Source of the DNA: Macrostomum lignano
Taxonomy: Eukaryota
Direction: 5' to 3'
Length of the DNA: 64,000 bases
Assembly: GCA_002269645.1 (NCBI GenBank)
Contig: NIVC01001886.1
Location: 115,128 to 179,127, forward strand
The position numbers were made by a program, and so were the translations under genes. Below the pieces are notes generated by a model that was not told the DNA's origin, made no database searches, and worked only from the letters and a program-made list of their open reading frames with translations. Shown here one piece after another: positions 48,901 through 60,200 of the stretch. Position 1 is the stretch's first letter, and the number at the start of each line of letters is the position of its first letter.

Positions 48901-48923
48901 AGATTGACAGGCCTTTCATGCAT
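45903..48923 (-). CDS. Intronless 1006-aa protein, SNAPC2-like N-terminal region, AT-hook-like motif, three 89-aa repeats
   Basis: 3-kb non-repetitive ORF with acceptor 10 nt before the ATG. Motifs WSQAELAVV..KKPRDVETLL, DFSTELADVLIESA and LAEAYLFLASLLDGRP..SPAVCKRLLGML; KRAGRPSKK; 267-bp repeats at ~47617, 47350 and 47083. Confidence 0.8.
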   Translation of the reverse strand: MHERPVNLTGSDGLPMAHSAAASGSKDHEFATADSSSVSNEMTAKLNASLYSWSQAELAVVADVLDNWHLASARAIWLRLLRRVPGTDKKPRDVETLLERIARYSNLTQSADTSCAGSATDDNPTSMDAFLCMLDDLVPGGLDFSTELADVLIESASTASGQLAEAYLFLASLLDGRPATGLDSVSPAVCKRLLGMLTDLLPLAKSATEQRDCLYRLLGLAHTSASLPRATVFRDRLQSLLRMPLSSKASTAARSDDVADEDAVDDSWLRSRCALLADYAEYSVNPLNLSDQLLASFPSNDAEPKEFNIDAEDAPTTSSSSFMKRYMTSRADLTKELLLRGLCDSESDEEQPFRRVAYAAVASARPDGARPRKIQSDVPAAAVAAKKSTQKRKTVKKRAGRPSKKAQSMKESRSPSPTKKQTGRKRLRLATTKSVATAASSRGNKRRKTLLSETSQSASSTYDSSIEELLAAGQQDDDAAVEQAYSNEEEPGVQPSIDAKQARAPGGELQADSSKRPSQTPKSVATAGSSRSNKRRRTLPSETSQSGSSIDASSIEELLVAGQPDDDAAVEQAANEEKSGAQPSTKAKQVCAIKEGMLQADSFKRPSQTPKSVATSGSIRSNKRRRTLLAGNKSQSVSSIATVNSLAAVQPDDGAAVEQAANEEEPGVQPPIKAKKACAPGEGELQADLTNQPSQTLPPNEPSSVEISAEEQQSTKPTVERVVVEIVGVVEPPLDQFVILENSFNKSANPVDAATSSTDQPSHFLSSSAQTQQVISAESVAQTPPASKSISKTKPTHGKENSVSGGSGALCTETVMVDPFKVNLNKFIPHRVARPPVFERPKANISLPNLPPPPSQQSASVSSQPAVETSTATSVVYLGQKQLTKVPLARRGRARTYRNSSSVPEPELTSARDLVQAGYAKRVGPKLSVPISSYVKSVVTTDSTRTAANAAPGTAAAAPGTAIPGPRTATAAPGTAIPGPRTATAAPMTPTAASGTATAAPGARSG

Positions 48924-49117
48924 TATTCAAAGTCTGATTATTAAAAAGCATATATTTAAATCATTACTTAGCTTGGATAGTAAATTACTAAATATACATA
49001 GGGGGGGGGGTATTACCTCAAATAGAAATCAGGCACAAATATTACTCTTCTCATACTTTTCCTTTTGAACAACCCTATTGGAAACAAAGCTCAAATTAGA
49101 CACAAAAGCAGCAGGGC

Positions 49118-49414
49118 CATACATGCGCAACCTCCGAAATTCGGTCGGCCATGCGACTTAGTTTTAACAAAAAAACGACGTAGTTTTTGACCAAAAATGC
49201 GACTTACATGAAAAAAAACCCGAAAGCAAAATTAACGCAACCTTGGGTAAACGGCAGGAGTAACTATAACTGTCTTATTAAGCCAAAATGCCTCGTCAGC
49301 TACTTAGTACTACTAAGTACTAAGTTTTTGGGTGGGCATTTTTGCGACCTCCTTGGTTGGCCGCCAAATTGGTCGGCCGGATCAGCCGACTCGGCCGACT
49401 GTTGCGCATGTATG
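49118..49414 (+). mobile_element. MITE, 14-bp TIR CATACATGCGCAAC, 8-bp TSD AGCAGGGC, carrying the 28S-like segment (49245-49308)
   Basis: Perfect TIRs; exact TSD at 49110-49117 and 49415-49422; core 52/64 to the 28S consensus. Confidence 0.92.
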
Positions 49415-50334
49415 AGCAGGGCTTGTTTTCACACATAAACTTGCAATAATTATTTATAAATATAATAACAAACACATTTGCATACACAACTTCTATGGTT
49501 GGACAATAAAGAAAAACATGTTTTTTAGGCTTAGAATTGCAGTGCCATTTGGCATCAGTCAGAAAGCTCAAAATCAAATAAAATACAATATATTTTTCTA
49601 CCTTTACATTGCTAAGCATCTCTGATCCATAGGAATTGCAAAATTCTATATACTCAATTTTTTAACTTAAAATTACTTTTGAAATCCCAGAAAATCAAAA
49701 TAAACATAAATTTATTGATGTTTCAAAAAAATATATATAAAAAATGGACCTTCTATAAAGGGTGCCAACTTATTGTTTGGGGATCCAAATTAAGGATGCC
49801 AAAATTAAGATTTATGTGTTATAACACATGCAATAAAAAACTAATGATTGATTAATTGCTTTTTATAAATATTTTATTAAATTAACAATGATATTAGACA
49901 ATATATACTTTTAAAAAGTAAAAAAAACATTTATTTATTACCATATTTGCTATTAATATTGCATTTATTTGGTTTACCTATATGATCTATAAACTATACT
50001 GAAGAGTTCTTTAAAGAAATTGTTAGGCTTTGTTATTTAAAATTTCCATGTTAAAGAATTAATATTATTTCTAAATTGATTGTTGCATTAAGCCTATAGG
50101 TAATCATTTAAAATGAATGAATATTAATATATTTTCTTTTTTTCTATTTTAGCTTGACAAGACAAGCTAAAATCATTTTATCTATTGTCTTGTTTCTATT
50201 TTTGCTTTTTTTCAATATATCATTTGGTATAATTATTGGCTTTAAACTCACACTTAGCAAGGCTATTAGTAAGCCTATACTAGAAATTTTTAAAGTTACC
50301 ATATATGCCCAACCTTAAAAAATTTCACCCATCT

Positions 50335-50430
50335 GGTGCAACTTAGTTTTGTCCAGATTTGCAACTTAGTTTCTCCCAATTGCAACTTTGTTCCTTCCAA
50401 TTGCAACTTAGTTCCCCTGATTGTGACTTA
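50335..50430. repeat. Short ~21-bp degenerate tandem repeat (TTGCAACTTAGTT..)
   Basis: 4-5 units. Confidence 0.6.
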
Positions 50431-50869
50431 ATTTTCATTTTGTATGACTTTTCTTGCTTTTTTCTTTTTTTCTTTTCTTTTTCCCCTTTCTCTTTTCTTT
50501 GTCTTTTCTTTTCCTTTTCTCTTTTTCACCTTTTTTTCTTCTCCCAATTTTTCATTTTTTGAATTTTTGATTTCGCAACTTACCTTGTATAACACTGTTG
50601 GATGGGTGTTAGGCATGTATGAATGTAACAATTGATAATCAAGCTATTTTGGCATACTATTTAAGTATAGATAAATAATTATTTATAAATTAGGACTATG
50701 GCTTTAAACATGTTTTTAAATCTTTTTATTTAATACATAACAAAAAATATATAATGGTGAATGCTGTAATGGAATATTTTGTATAAAAGGAAAAAAGTTC
50801 AAAAGTTTTTAGGACTTAAAAAACAAAATAGAAATAAATACATCAAGCTATTCATATAATGGACCTAGT

Positions 50870-52682
50870 GGCTTCAAGTCACTGGCAAAAAGATATTTTG
50901 GCAAAAGGCAGTTTGGTGAAAGGACATTTCAGCAAAGCCATTTTGGCGAAAGGTTTTGCTTGACTTGCTTGATTGCATACATTTGTTATGTATTCCTTTC
51001 CTGACTAGGCCTACGAGCTAAATGCATTTGTTTAAGTGAAGTGAAATGTTTAATATTAAATTTCAACTTGTAATATGTACAAGAATTATCCATTTCTACA
51101 CATTTTTCCAGCTATAATATGTATGAGTGCATGGGTGAGAGTCAAGACACTAGACAAAATGATGCATGTTCACCAATTAGTAACACCATGCAAAGGCACT
51201 GGGTCTTCCATACATCTTACTAGGGACAGAGTGAGGAATGCACACATGTAAGCAATGCACATAATTGACAAATACAGAGGTTAATGTTCATATTGCACAA
51301 TGCAATGCCAAGGGCAAGGAATACCATGTGTGCGAATGACACGTTGTGCTCTGCCTAGATTTCAGTGAACAGCCCATCATGTTGCATATTGCACAAATGC
51401 ACAAAGGCAAGGAACACCAATGTGTGCAAATGGCACATATATAAGACACAGGTATATTGCGTATATTCAATATACAAATATCAAAGGCTTTGACTTCTCA
51501 TTCTGTAATGGATAACTGCACAATGTGCCAGAAAGCTGTTCTTGAGCATCAGCAGGCTTTGTTATGCGATGCCTGCAATCGATGGCAGCATCGTGCTTGC
51601 AACAACGGCATTTCAAGACAACTCTTGATGGGCACACACAGAGCTTCTGTCATAAGCTCATGGGTTTGCCATTCTTGCCTGGTAGACACATTGCATGAGC
51701 ATTCTATGAGCTGCGTACAAGTGTGGATTCGGAGCAACTGCAGCAGTTGTGTGACTATATGCAGTCAACTTGGATCCGAAGCAGCATCTGGACCACAGCG
51801 GAGCTATCAGTCTATTGTCATGCAATACACACTAACAACAATACAGAGGGCTGGCACCACAAGCTGAACCACTGAGCACAGCATGGCCAGCTCTAGTTCT
51901 ACCTGCTTTTGAAGCTGCTGCACAACCATACATGCGCAACTGCTGGCCAACCTGGCCAATCTGGCCACCGTAAATTGTGGTGGACCAGGGGTAAGTCACA
52001 AAAATGCCCAACCTAAAGAATACAAACGGAGTACTAATTAGATGACGAGGCATTTAGCCCTAATAAGACAGTCATAGTTACTCCTGCCGTTTATCCAAAA
52101 TTGCGTTAAGGTTTCTTTTACAGGTAAGTTGCATTTTTGGTCGAAAAGTAAGTTGCATGGCCAGTGTAAATCAGGGGGGTTGCACATGTATATGCACAAC
52201 GAAGGGCGACTTGTCACTGTTGAGGTGCAGCTGCTTGCCCAGGGAGGAGTTCGACGCCTGCAGCGGGTGGACATCCCCTGCCAACAGGAACAGTTTGTGT
52301 GGTTTTGGAATGAGTACGACAATAGTATGCACACAGCCTAGCAGCTCCTTGGGGCCTGCGGCTGTCTGAATGCACCTACTTGAAATAGAACATGCCAATT
52401 GCAATCAAAGTATGGAATCTCCATTTTATATATTGTAGGCCTATTTTTCTCTTTGTATTTTTGTATGCTCTAACTTAACCTTTCAAATGATCATCATTTT
52501 ATGTTTTACTGCATTTATACTTATGCTACCAAATATTCTAAGTTCAAACTTGTTCTAAGCTGTTCAGAGATTGCATGCAAAGTATTGTCAAAGACAGATG
52601 CACTGCAGAACCTTTCGCCAAAATGTCCTTTCGCTGAAATTTCTTTCGCCAAAATGTCTTTTTGCCGAAGTGACCTGTACCC
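50870..52682 (+). mobile_element. Decayed Mutator-like (MULE) element with PHD finger and transposase C-terminus
   Basis: Inverted ends of ~90 bp built from GGCGAAAGGACATTT-like subrepeats. PHD CTMC..LLCDACNRWQHRAC..WVCHSC (51508-51680). MULE-type YMQSTWI..TNNNTEGWHHKLN..FYLLLKLLHN|EGRLV..QLLGAC with stops. Core deleted. Confidence 0.8.
51927..52192 (-). mobile_element. MITE, TIR CATACATGCGCAAC, 8-bp TSD TGCACAAC, 28S-like segment on the minus strand (52033-52096), inserted in the MULE
   Basis: Exact TSD at 51919-51926 and 52193-52200; core 55/64 to the 28S consensus; removing it restores the MULE frame. Confidence 0.92.
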
Positions 52683-53429
52683 AACCTAGCCTATTGTATT
52701 ATAATTCCATTTAACATTAAGAACTAATAATTGAAAAAAAGCAAAATTGGCTTATGTTTTATGTGCAATTTGGCATACAATATTAAGACTTAAATAATAA
52801 ATATTTAGTATATGCCTTGAATATTCTATTTTAAATAAACTAGCCTAGGATGGCCTAATATAACAAATGCCAAAAGAAAATATTTCTTTATATTGTCTAT
52901 AGGCCTAGGCATAATAAGATAAGCACTAACCATAAATGCTTGATTTTTTATGTAAAGAGGGGCCTAGGCCTAACCCTAAGTCATATTCTTATATCATATT
53001 CAATAGGCCCTATAGAAGAGTCTAATTGTTGTAAACAGGCATTTTAATGTCTATTATTTATTATATTATAGGCCTACATGGCCATTTTAATTAATTTAAA
53101 GAGTAGAATACATATAAAATTGCTTTTGTATTTTTAAGTCAATTTTTAGGGTAGGCTTATGCATGGGCCTGTTGCCTACCCAACATTTAATAGTGCCCTG
53201 CCTGGCCTAAGCCAACTAACTAGACCTTATAAATTTATACCAACTTTAACACTATATGTAATATATGCACTATTATTAATAGAAATTATCAGAACAATAG
53301 TTCAAGCTATTTAGTACTTTAAATTGGTGAAGAATTGCAATCTCTAGAGCGTTATGGACATTCATTCAAGCATACAAACCTTAGAGATTTAGTATATTTA
53401 GATTTTTTGGACTTAAACAGGCCTAAGAA

Positions 53430-53610
53430 AAACTGGTGAGTTGTTCCCGACGTCCCAATGGCAATGCCAATGGTTTTTTAATTTGCCCAGGTGGCCAGGT
53501 CCATATCCAGGATGCCAGGCGAAATGACTTAAGAATTTTTGACGAAAAGGCTTTTTACGAAAGTATTTTTGACGAAATGTCCTGGACTCCTGGAACCCGT
53601 CCCCAGGCGC
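53430..53610. mobile_element. Possible solo end of a TIR element (GACGAAA subrepeats)
   Basis: Repeated (T)GACGAAA..ATTTT motif resembles the subterminal repeats at 50.9 and 52.6 kb; no partner end found. Confidence 0.35.
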
Positions 53611-54559
53611 TGGTGGGCGGGCAGCAGCCATGCCGACATTGCAGTTGCCCTATGGCTATAGGCCTAGGCCTATGGCAGCAGAACCCAGCTCAAGTAACTC
53701 AGCTAGGGCCTACTGAGATTCTGAGAACAATAAAGATATTACTGCCATTACTTATCTGAATTCTGAACATATTACATTTCAACGAGAGTGCTGCTACCGT
53801 ATCGCACGACCATAATTGCATTAGTTAGTTTGTTGTTGAACTTCGCACGTAATTTTCCGTCATGCAATAATTTAAATTACCAACTTTGATGCCAATTCAT
53901 ATTTGCCCCAAAAAGAGCAACATTGTTAAGCAATTACTAAAACACCATTCTTTCTAGCCTTAATTTTATTAGAAGAAAAACATCACAGTATTTTTTAATT
54001 TTTTTGTTGCTTTCGATTAGAACTATACTTGCTAATAGCATTTAGAAGCAAATCGTTACTTTAAAATGCATAGACTTTGTATTGACGTAGTTGTCGTCGC
54101 GCTTGCTGCCAAAACTTATCGAATATGGATGAGGAAGAAAATCGTGGCCTGTCAAGAATTACAAGATAATCTATAACCGTTTAAAATGCTCTATTTCATA
54201 TTCTTTAATTTTATATTAATTGCAGTTTTTACATGGGCCTTGAATAATTGAAAGAAATTGTTGTTTAAGTCATTATACATATACTTGTAAACACACTGCC
54301 TCATATTAGAAACGATTTTGCCATTGCTACGCACACTCATCTTTCGGTGATTTTTCACCTCCGTGACTTACTATGCAATCTACCATTATTCCACTTTTTG
54401 GAATATTATCATAGACATTTGGATTCAAAACACTCGACGTCGCACTGTATAACAACAACATAACAACAAACTACAGCAACCCTGGGCAAGCCAATTAAGT
54501 TGGGTTGCTGTCAAAATGCGCGCGCAAGCGCAGATTTGCGCAGAATAGCGAGTCCGCGG

Positions 54560-55440
54560 GGGTCGGAGATTTCAGCGTCTCAATTAAAAGCAGGTCGACA
54601 AAACGCAGACTTCTCGCCTGACCAAGCCGCCGCGGCCCAAGAAGGGATAGCAGCAGCCCGTCTTGAGGCGGCTCAGGGCAGTACTGCTCTGCCCGGATGA
54701 CGTGGCCGGCCAGCTGTAGGCGCCGGATGCGCAGCAGCTGGCTGAGTCGGGAGAGCTGGGCCCGTCGGTATAACTCGTCATTGCTGGTGTTGGTGGTGGC
54801 GGTCGGCGAGTAGTGGACACCGAAGGCGGCTCTCAGGAGTCCAGCGTGAGTGGCGTCGAGTTGCCGCTCCTGCGGGCCGTTCAGTGTCTACGTTTCAGCG
54901 TTGTAAAGGAGGACGGTTTCATTGACGGCCTGGAACACCCGCCCTCTCAGCCGATCCGAAAGCGCGGGGCTCTGCAGGACAGTCCGCACGGTGCGGAATG
55001 CGCCCCAGGCAAGCGCCCTGCGCCGTGCCATGTCCTCCGTGATGCTTGGCACCAGACCACCGAGGTAGACGAACTCTTTGAAGCGGGGCAACAATGCCAC
55101 CTGCCCGTTCGTGCAGCGGCAGTAGATCTCAGCTCGGAGGTCCGTCGGCACGGTCAGCACCATCGTCTATTTGGTGTTCACGGACCTCCTTCAGCTGTGC
55201 TAGACAGCAGCGCTAGATCGTCCGCGTACGCTAGGACGGAGAGTCGCTTCTCGGGGTGCCGCCTGCTTGTTCTGCGGCAGAGCAAGAATCCTTTGGAGTC
55301 GTCAGGGAGGCCAGTGCGCAGTACCCAGTCCAGGACCAGGACGAACAGAAATGGAGCCAAGGTGTCCCCGTGGAGAACTTCAGAAGACGTCCGGTGTCAC
55401 AACTGCCGCCCTAGTTTCCTGGTACAGAGCTAACACTGTA
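54560..55440 (-). mobile_element. 5'-truncated, decayed non-LTR retrotransposon (RTE/RTEX-like reverse transcriptase)
   Basis: GDTLAPFLFVLVLDWVLR..SRRHP..AYADDLALLS, FVYLGG, RVFQAVNETVLLYNAETW, and C-terminal RLQLAGHV; frameshifts and deletions. Confidence 0.88.
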
Positions 55441-56595
55441 TCAAGCACTGTATACATGTACAAAGGACCACACAAGGACAAGCAGATTATACATTGGTGC
55501 TTGAGAGTATATTTATTAATATATCAGAACGTCAGTAAGGAATTACATGCAAATGAAAAAGGCAACAATGAATAAAACTAAAGTATGCAAACTACACGAA
55601 CTGCAAGTTCATAATAAATTATGCCAAAAAGATTCAAATAAATGTATAGTAATGTAGTATCGTGTCATACTTTAAGATAGAACAAGCGTACATTTTAGAC
55701 ACTGCAGATTTTTTTCTGCTTAAAGTAGTATGACACGATTTAAGCTAGCTAAATTTACTATATTTTACATGCATTTTACGCTTGTCCAATCAAGGATGAC
55801 TTGAATTTCGTATAATACCACTTACTTGCTACTCTGTTCCACGGTTGAAAACCCTGTTTAGATTTGATGTATTGTCAATAAAAACATATCCACGACACTC
55901 ATTTAACAAAAGGAGAAAAGCAGCATCGTCTTTTCTTCAGCGGCATCACATACTTGTATAAAATGGAGGAGGTGGTCACCGTTGAAGTGGTAAGCGCAGA
56001 ATAACAAAAAAATTATTTAGAGGATCCTTTGGATAGCATTTAAATTTTCATAAGCTGACGACTAGTAATCGCAAAAAAACCAACTGGAATTTAATCGGAG
56101 GGCTCTTGTACTCAGTCGAATTGTTTTTATGACTCGTGAAGGTTTTAGTAAGAAGCGTTTGAAACAGGCTTCACTAGTTACATGACATTACATGTACATG
56201 ACAGTTACATGTTACATCAGCTAGATTCAGTTACATGTTACTGACACTATAACCTGTTACATGTAATATACAGTAACTACCGCTCCCTCCAGATAGACCA
56301 ATGAGCCCACTGGTTCAAGCGGTTCGAAACTCCGCAGTCCATTGGGTGGGGAAAGGAATTCGGCTGCTTCTTCAATGCTTTGCTTTTGATGGTCTTATAG
56401 TGACAAGAAATTCTCCAGCTTCTTACATCAGTTGATCGACTGGGGCTTGTTTGAAAATGGTAGCATAGGATTCTTTCGCAACTAAATCAGGCAATCCAAT
56501 TTGATGTTACTCCCTTTGCTCAAGCTATCAGCAGTTTTGCTAGCTGCTGTAGCTTGAAGTAGCTTTTGGAACGGGTTCTAATCCAAAAGGCTTAC

Positions 56596-56814
56596 GAAAA
56601 ATTTCATTATTAGAAGGACACTGCATGCAGCTAGCGATGGAATTGATCTGCAGAATGTGCAGTATAGGCGGACCAGATCAACTATGTGGTGCTGTAATCG
56701 AATTTCTTTGGCGAAACTCAGAATGGTAGGAAAAGGGGTCTTGGTCAAGGGGGACCAATTTGCACTAGTGAGCAGATCCCGATCCACTTCCTGCAGCAGA
56801 AGCGGGGAGGGCAC
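56596..56814 (-). other. Possible orphan 219-bp phase 0-0 exon
   Basis: TTTTTAG| acceptor and |GTAAGC donor; only frame 0 is open (VPSPLLLQEVDRDLL..LIMKFF). No family recognised. Confidence 0.3.
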
Positions 56815-57217
56815 CTAAAAAGTGGATAGATACAGGGGGATACAGAGGAAATAACGCAAACAAATTCTTTTAGGCTTTGGCTACCGGGTCTCAGCGCGCG
56901 TGCACTTTTGTCCCGGACAGGCTTGGTGCCATAAAAGTAAGGATGCAAGCGGCAAAGATGGCAATAATAAATAGCTAAATCTGATGACCAAATGACATGA
57001 TCAGACACCGGTCTGTCTGTGTACTTAATATGCAGACAGGAAAAGAAGTATGCAGTACAGAAGGGAAGAATGCGAAGTACATGTACATAGATGTGCTCCG
57101 TGATCGATCGATAATTATCAAGTCTATTCAGCCCACCGACCAACCTGTACTTGATTTTTGCCCTAAAAAGGTATTTAATGAGATTATTATGATAACACAG
57201 TTTCAAGCATGCTCTAA

Positions 57218-60200
57218 ATGAGCTTAAGCCGGAGCTATGACTCAAAAACCCGCTCCCTTCCGCAGAGGCCTCGAAGGCGGTCCCTGCTTCAGGCGTTGCG
57301 TCACGACAGCCACTGGAAGTGCTTCTGCCTGACGGCCGCGGTTGTAGCCTGTCTGGTTGCTGTCAGCTGGTGTCGCGTGTTCGTGCCTGCTACTGATGAC
57401 AACGCAGCTGCAGCCGCAGCGGTGGAAACGGGTGCAGCTCACGACGGAGAGCGAGAGCGCAGGTGCGACAGAGCCCAGCTGTACGCGCCTACAGGCCTGG
57501 CGATGCTGTTTTACCTGGCCTACCTGATCGAGTGCTGGGGCAGCCATTCGCGAATGCAGGTTTGGCATAAGGTGAGAATTTTATCACACTTGTCACACTT
57601 ATTTTGACACTTGTCCTACTGCATACAACGCAGAGACTTGGAAGCACACGGATGATTTTCATTGAAATCGGCTCTAAGCCTGTCTAGCAGCTGTCTCTAG
57701 CCTGTTCCGTCCTAGAGATTCAAGACCTCTTGTAACAGCGCGCGCGCTCTTCTGTTGTTGTTGATATTCAGCGTCCTTCTTCGAACTTCAGCGCTCACTC
57801 ATTTTTCTATTTGATTTGGTCAGCATTTGGACTGTAAAATTCGTTTCCGTGTTTCTTCAGGTCATGAATTAGGTCGGCACAGTGTGTTACTTGTACCTCA
57901 CTGCACGTGACACCGAAGGCCATAACAGGGTGCACTTTCTTAAGCATAGGAAGTACCCTACCTGAAACAGTGTTTTAAATTTAAAGGAAAGGTCAATAAA
58001 AAATGGCTAATACGCATATGTTATAAATGCATCCATATCTAACTCACTTGTAAAATAGAATCCTCAAACGACCACATCCGAGAACTTTTAAATGCATACA
58101 CAACTCGGATAATATAAAACTGGTGCAACTTGAGGCTTTTGGATTTCTGGTGGTAAAAAAAGTTTTTTTTCAGCAACAGACGGAGCCGGCATGATGGCAT
58201 GCAAATGCCATGCAAATTGGTTCCCGCGAACAGAAACTTCAGTCAGGCACCGCCAGCCTGGCAGCTGCGCTTCTTCGAGTCGAATTGTGACAAATTTCTG
58301 AAACCGAACCGAAATCAAGCGAAGCTGGGCATAAAAATTTGTGGTTACTGCTTACTGTTGTTGGACATTAGTGAGGTGAGCTACAACCAATAAATAAATA
58401 TTTGTAGCAGAGTTGTGGGCATCCGTTCGGCGAAAGCGTTCCGCAACCAGCACTGAGACAATTTTGTTTGTTCATTTTGCTGACTTTTGAGCACTGACTG
58501 GCGCTGACGACTTACAAATCGTCAGACATGTGCACCCTCTGTGCCTTGGGGGTTGGCCCTCATGAATGTTCATCGCACGACAACCCAGAGACGAATGCGG
58601 CCACGAACGGAATCGAACCAGGGGTCGCGGTGCGAGAGTCAGACGCGTCTACCGTTGAGCTGCTCTTTCCCATCTCTATTTCGTGATTATCTCATAATTT
58701 CATCATGATTATCTCATCATTGATTCTTAACTTTTGCTCATTATCTCTTTTTTTTCATCGATGGAACCTTGTATTCCATATTATCAATTGTTGTGCTATC
58801 GTGCCCATTGTACTCTCGCCCCACCCTACCTAGTCTGCCCAAAGCCTCCAGTTTTCTCTAACGTGCTCACATAGATCGAGCGGTGGTCCCATGGATGGGC
58901 GCACTTTTTTTCATCAATAACAGCCATTTGCTCGTCGATTATAGTCATTTTTGCGTTGATTTCAGTCATATTTCTTAACTATAAAGGCTCCTGTGTCTCG
59001 CGTCTATCAACTGCTGGACCGGATGCGCGCCGCTCTGCCCCTTCTATGGTGGAAAATGACCGCCTATCACTATTCTAGGCGCCAACATGGCGCCAGGCAG
59101 AACTTGCGCCGGCGCTACATTGTTTCCAGAGGCGGCGGAAACGTCTGCGATAGCGGCGGCGGCGTCGGCGGCGGCGGCTGCGGCAGAGGTCAGTCGCTGT
59201 ACCAGCGGGTCAACAGTCGGACAGTTACGGGTGCGTTCAATTTCTCCGTCTGCGGCTGTCTTGACACCAGCTATCGGCTGTGGGGCTTGGAGCGGTTTCC
59301 AGCGACTAGGGTGGACTTCTCCAAGGTATGCAACTGTTTGAATGTTCTGTTAGCAAAACCGCTTGAGTAACTTGGCTAACCGGTTCAGTATCTTGTTAGC
59401 AAAACCGCTTGAGTAACTTGGCTAACCGGTTCAGTATCTTGTTAGCAAAACCGCTTACGTACTCGTAGCTTGACCCACAAGCAAACACAAATTGCATATT
59501 CGAATCAACATGCAACCGACGCCCACAGGGATGTACCTTCCTGTGCCCTGAGGCCGAGGTGATGTTCAACAGTCAACGCGCCGCATTCTACCACAACCAC
59601 GAAAGACTGGACGACTACGCGGAGACTCGCGAAGGCTTTGACCTGCTGCGAGTCAGCTGTCCGGATTACATCATCGCCTTGTCGAAGTCCCGACAGCCCT
59701 GGTACCTGAGCCCTTGGATTTACACCGCCGCAGCGCTGCTGCTTCTGTCCTGGCCGCTAAGGATTGTAATCCAGTGCCGGTTGGCCACGGCTCACTGTCA
59801 CGTGCAGAAGTCGTTCGGCCACCTGCTACTGCTGACTAATGATGGTGAGTGGCTGTAACTTTTATGCTGACTATTTTTTAAATGTAGGGACAGATCCAAA
59901 AGGGAGTGACGTAATTACGAGTATCTGGATACAATAGTTGAGAGACAGGAGTAACTTAGCGAACATGATGATCAATTAGTCTTTCGAAATGACTTTCTAG
60001 CTAATGTACAAATATGGTTTGTGAACGGCTTTTAGTGCTGGTTTTGGGACATAATCGGCCCTCATTGAAAAATATTTGAAAAACTATTTGAAAGCAAAGC
60101 GTCTTTGACTTGACAGCAAGGACCAAATCCTATGGACTAAATGTAGGTAGGACAGTTTAGCCCCAAACCGTAGCTGGGATTCAAATCCCCAATCCACAGA

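Noticed and set aside
58595-58671. tRNA genes at the SINE heads (also 13215-13288 and 61805-61866)
   Set aside because: A/B boxes are present but there is no acceptor stem or intact anticodon arm, and each continues into a SINE body.
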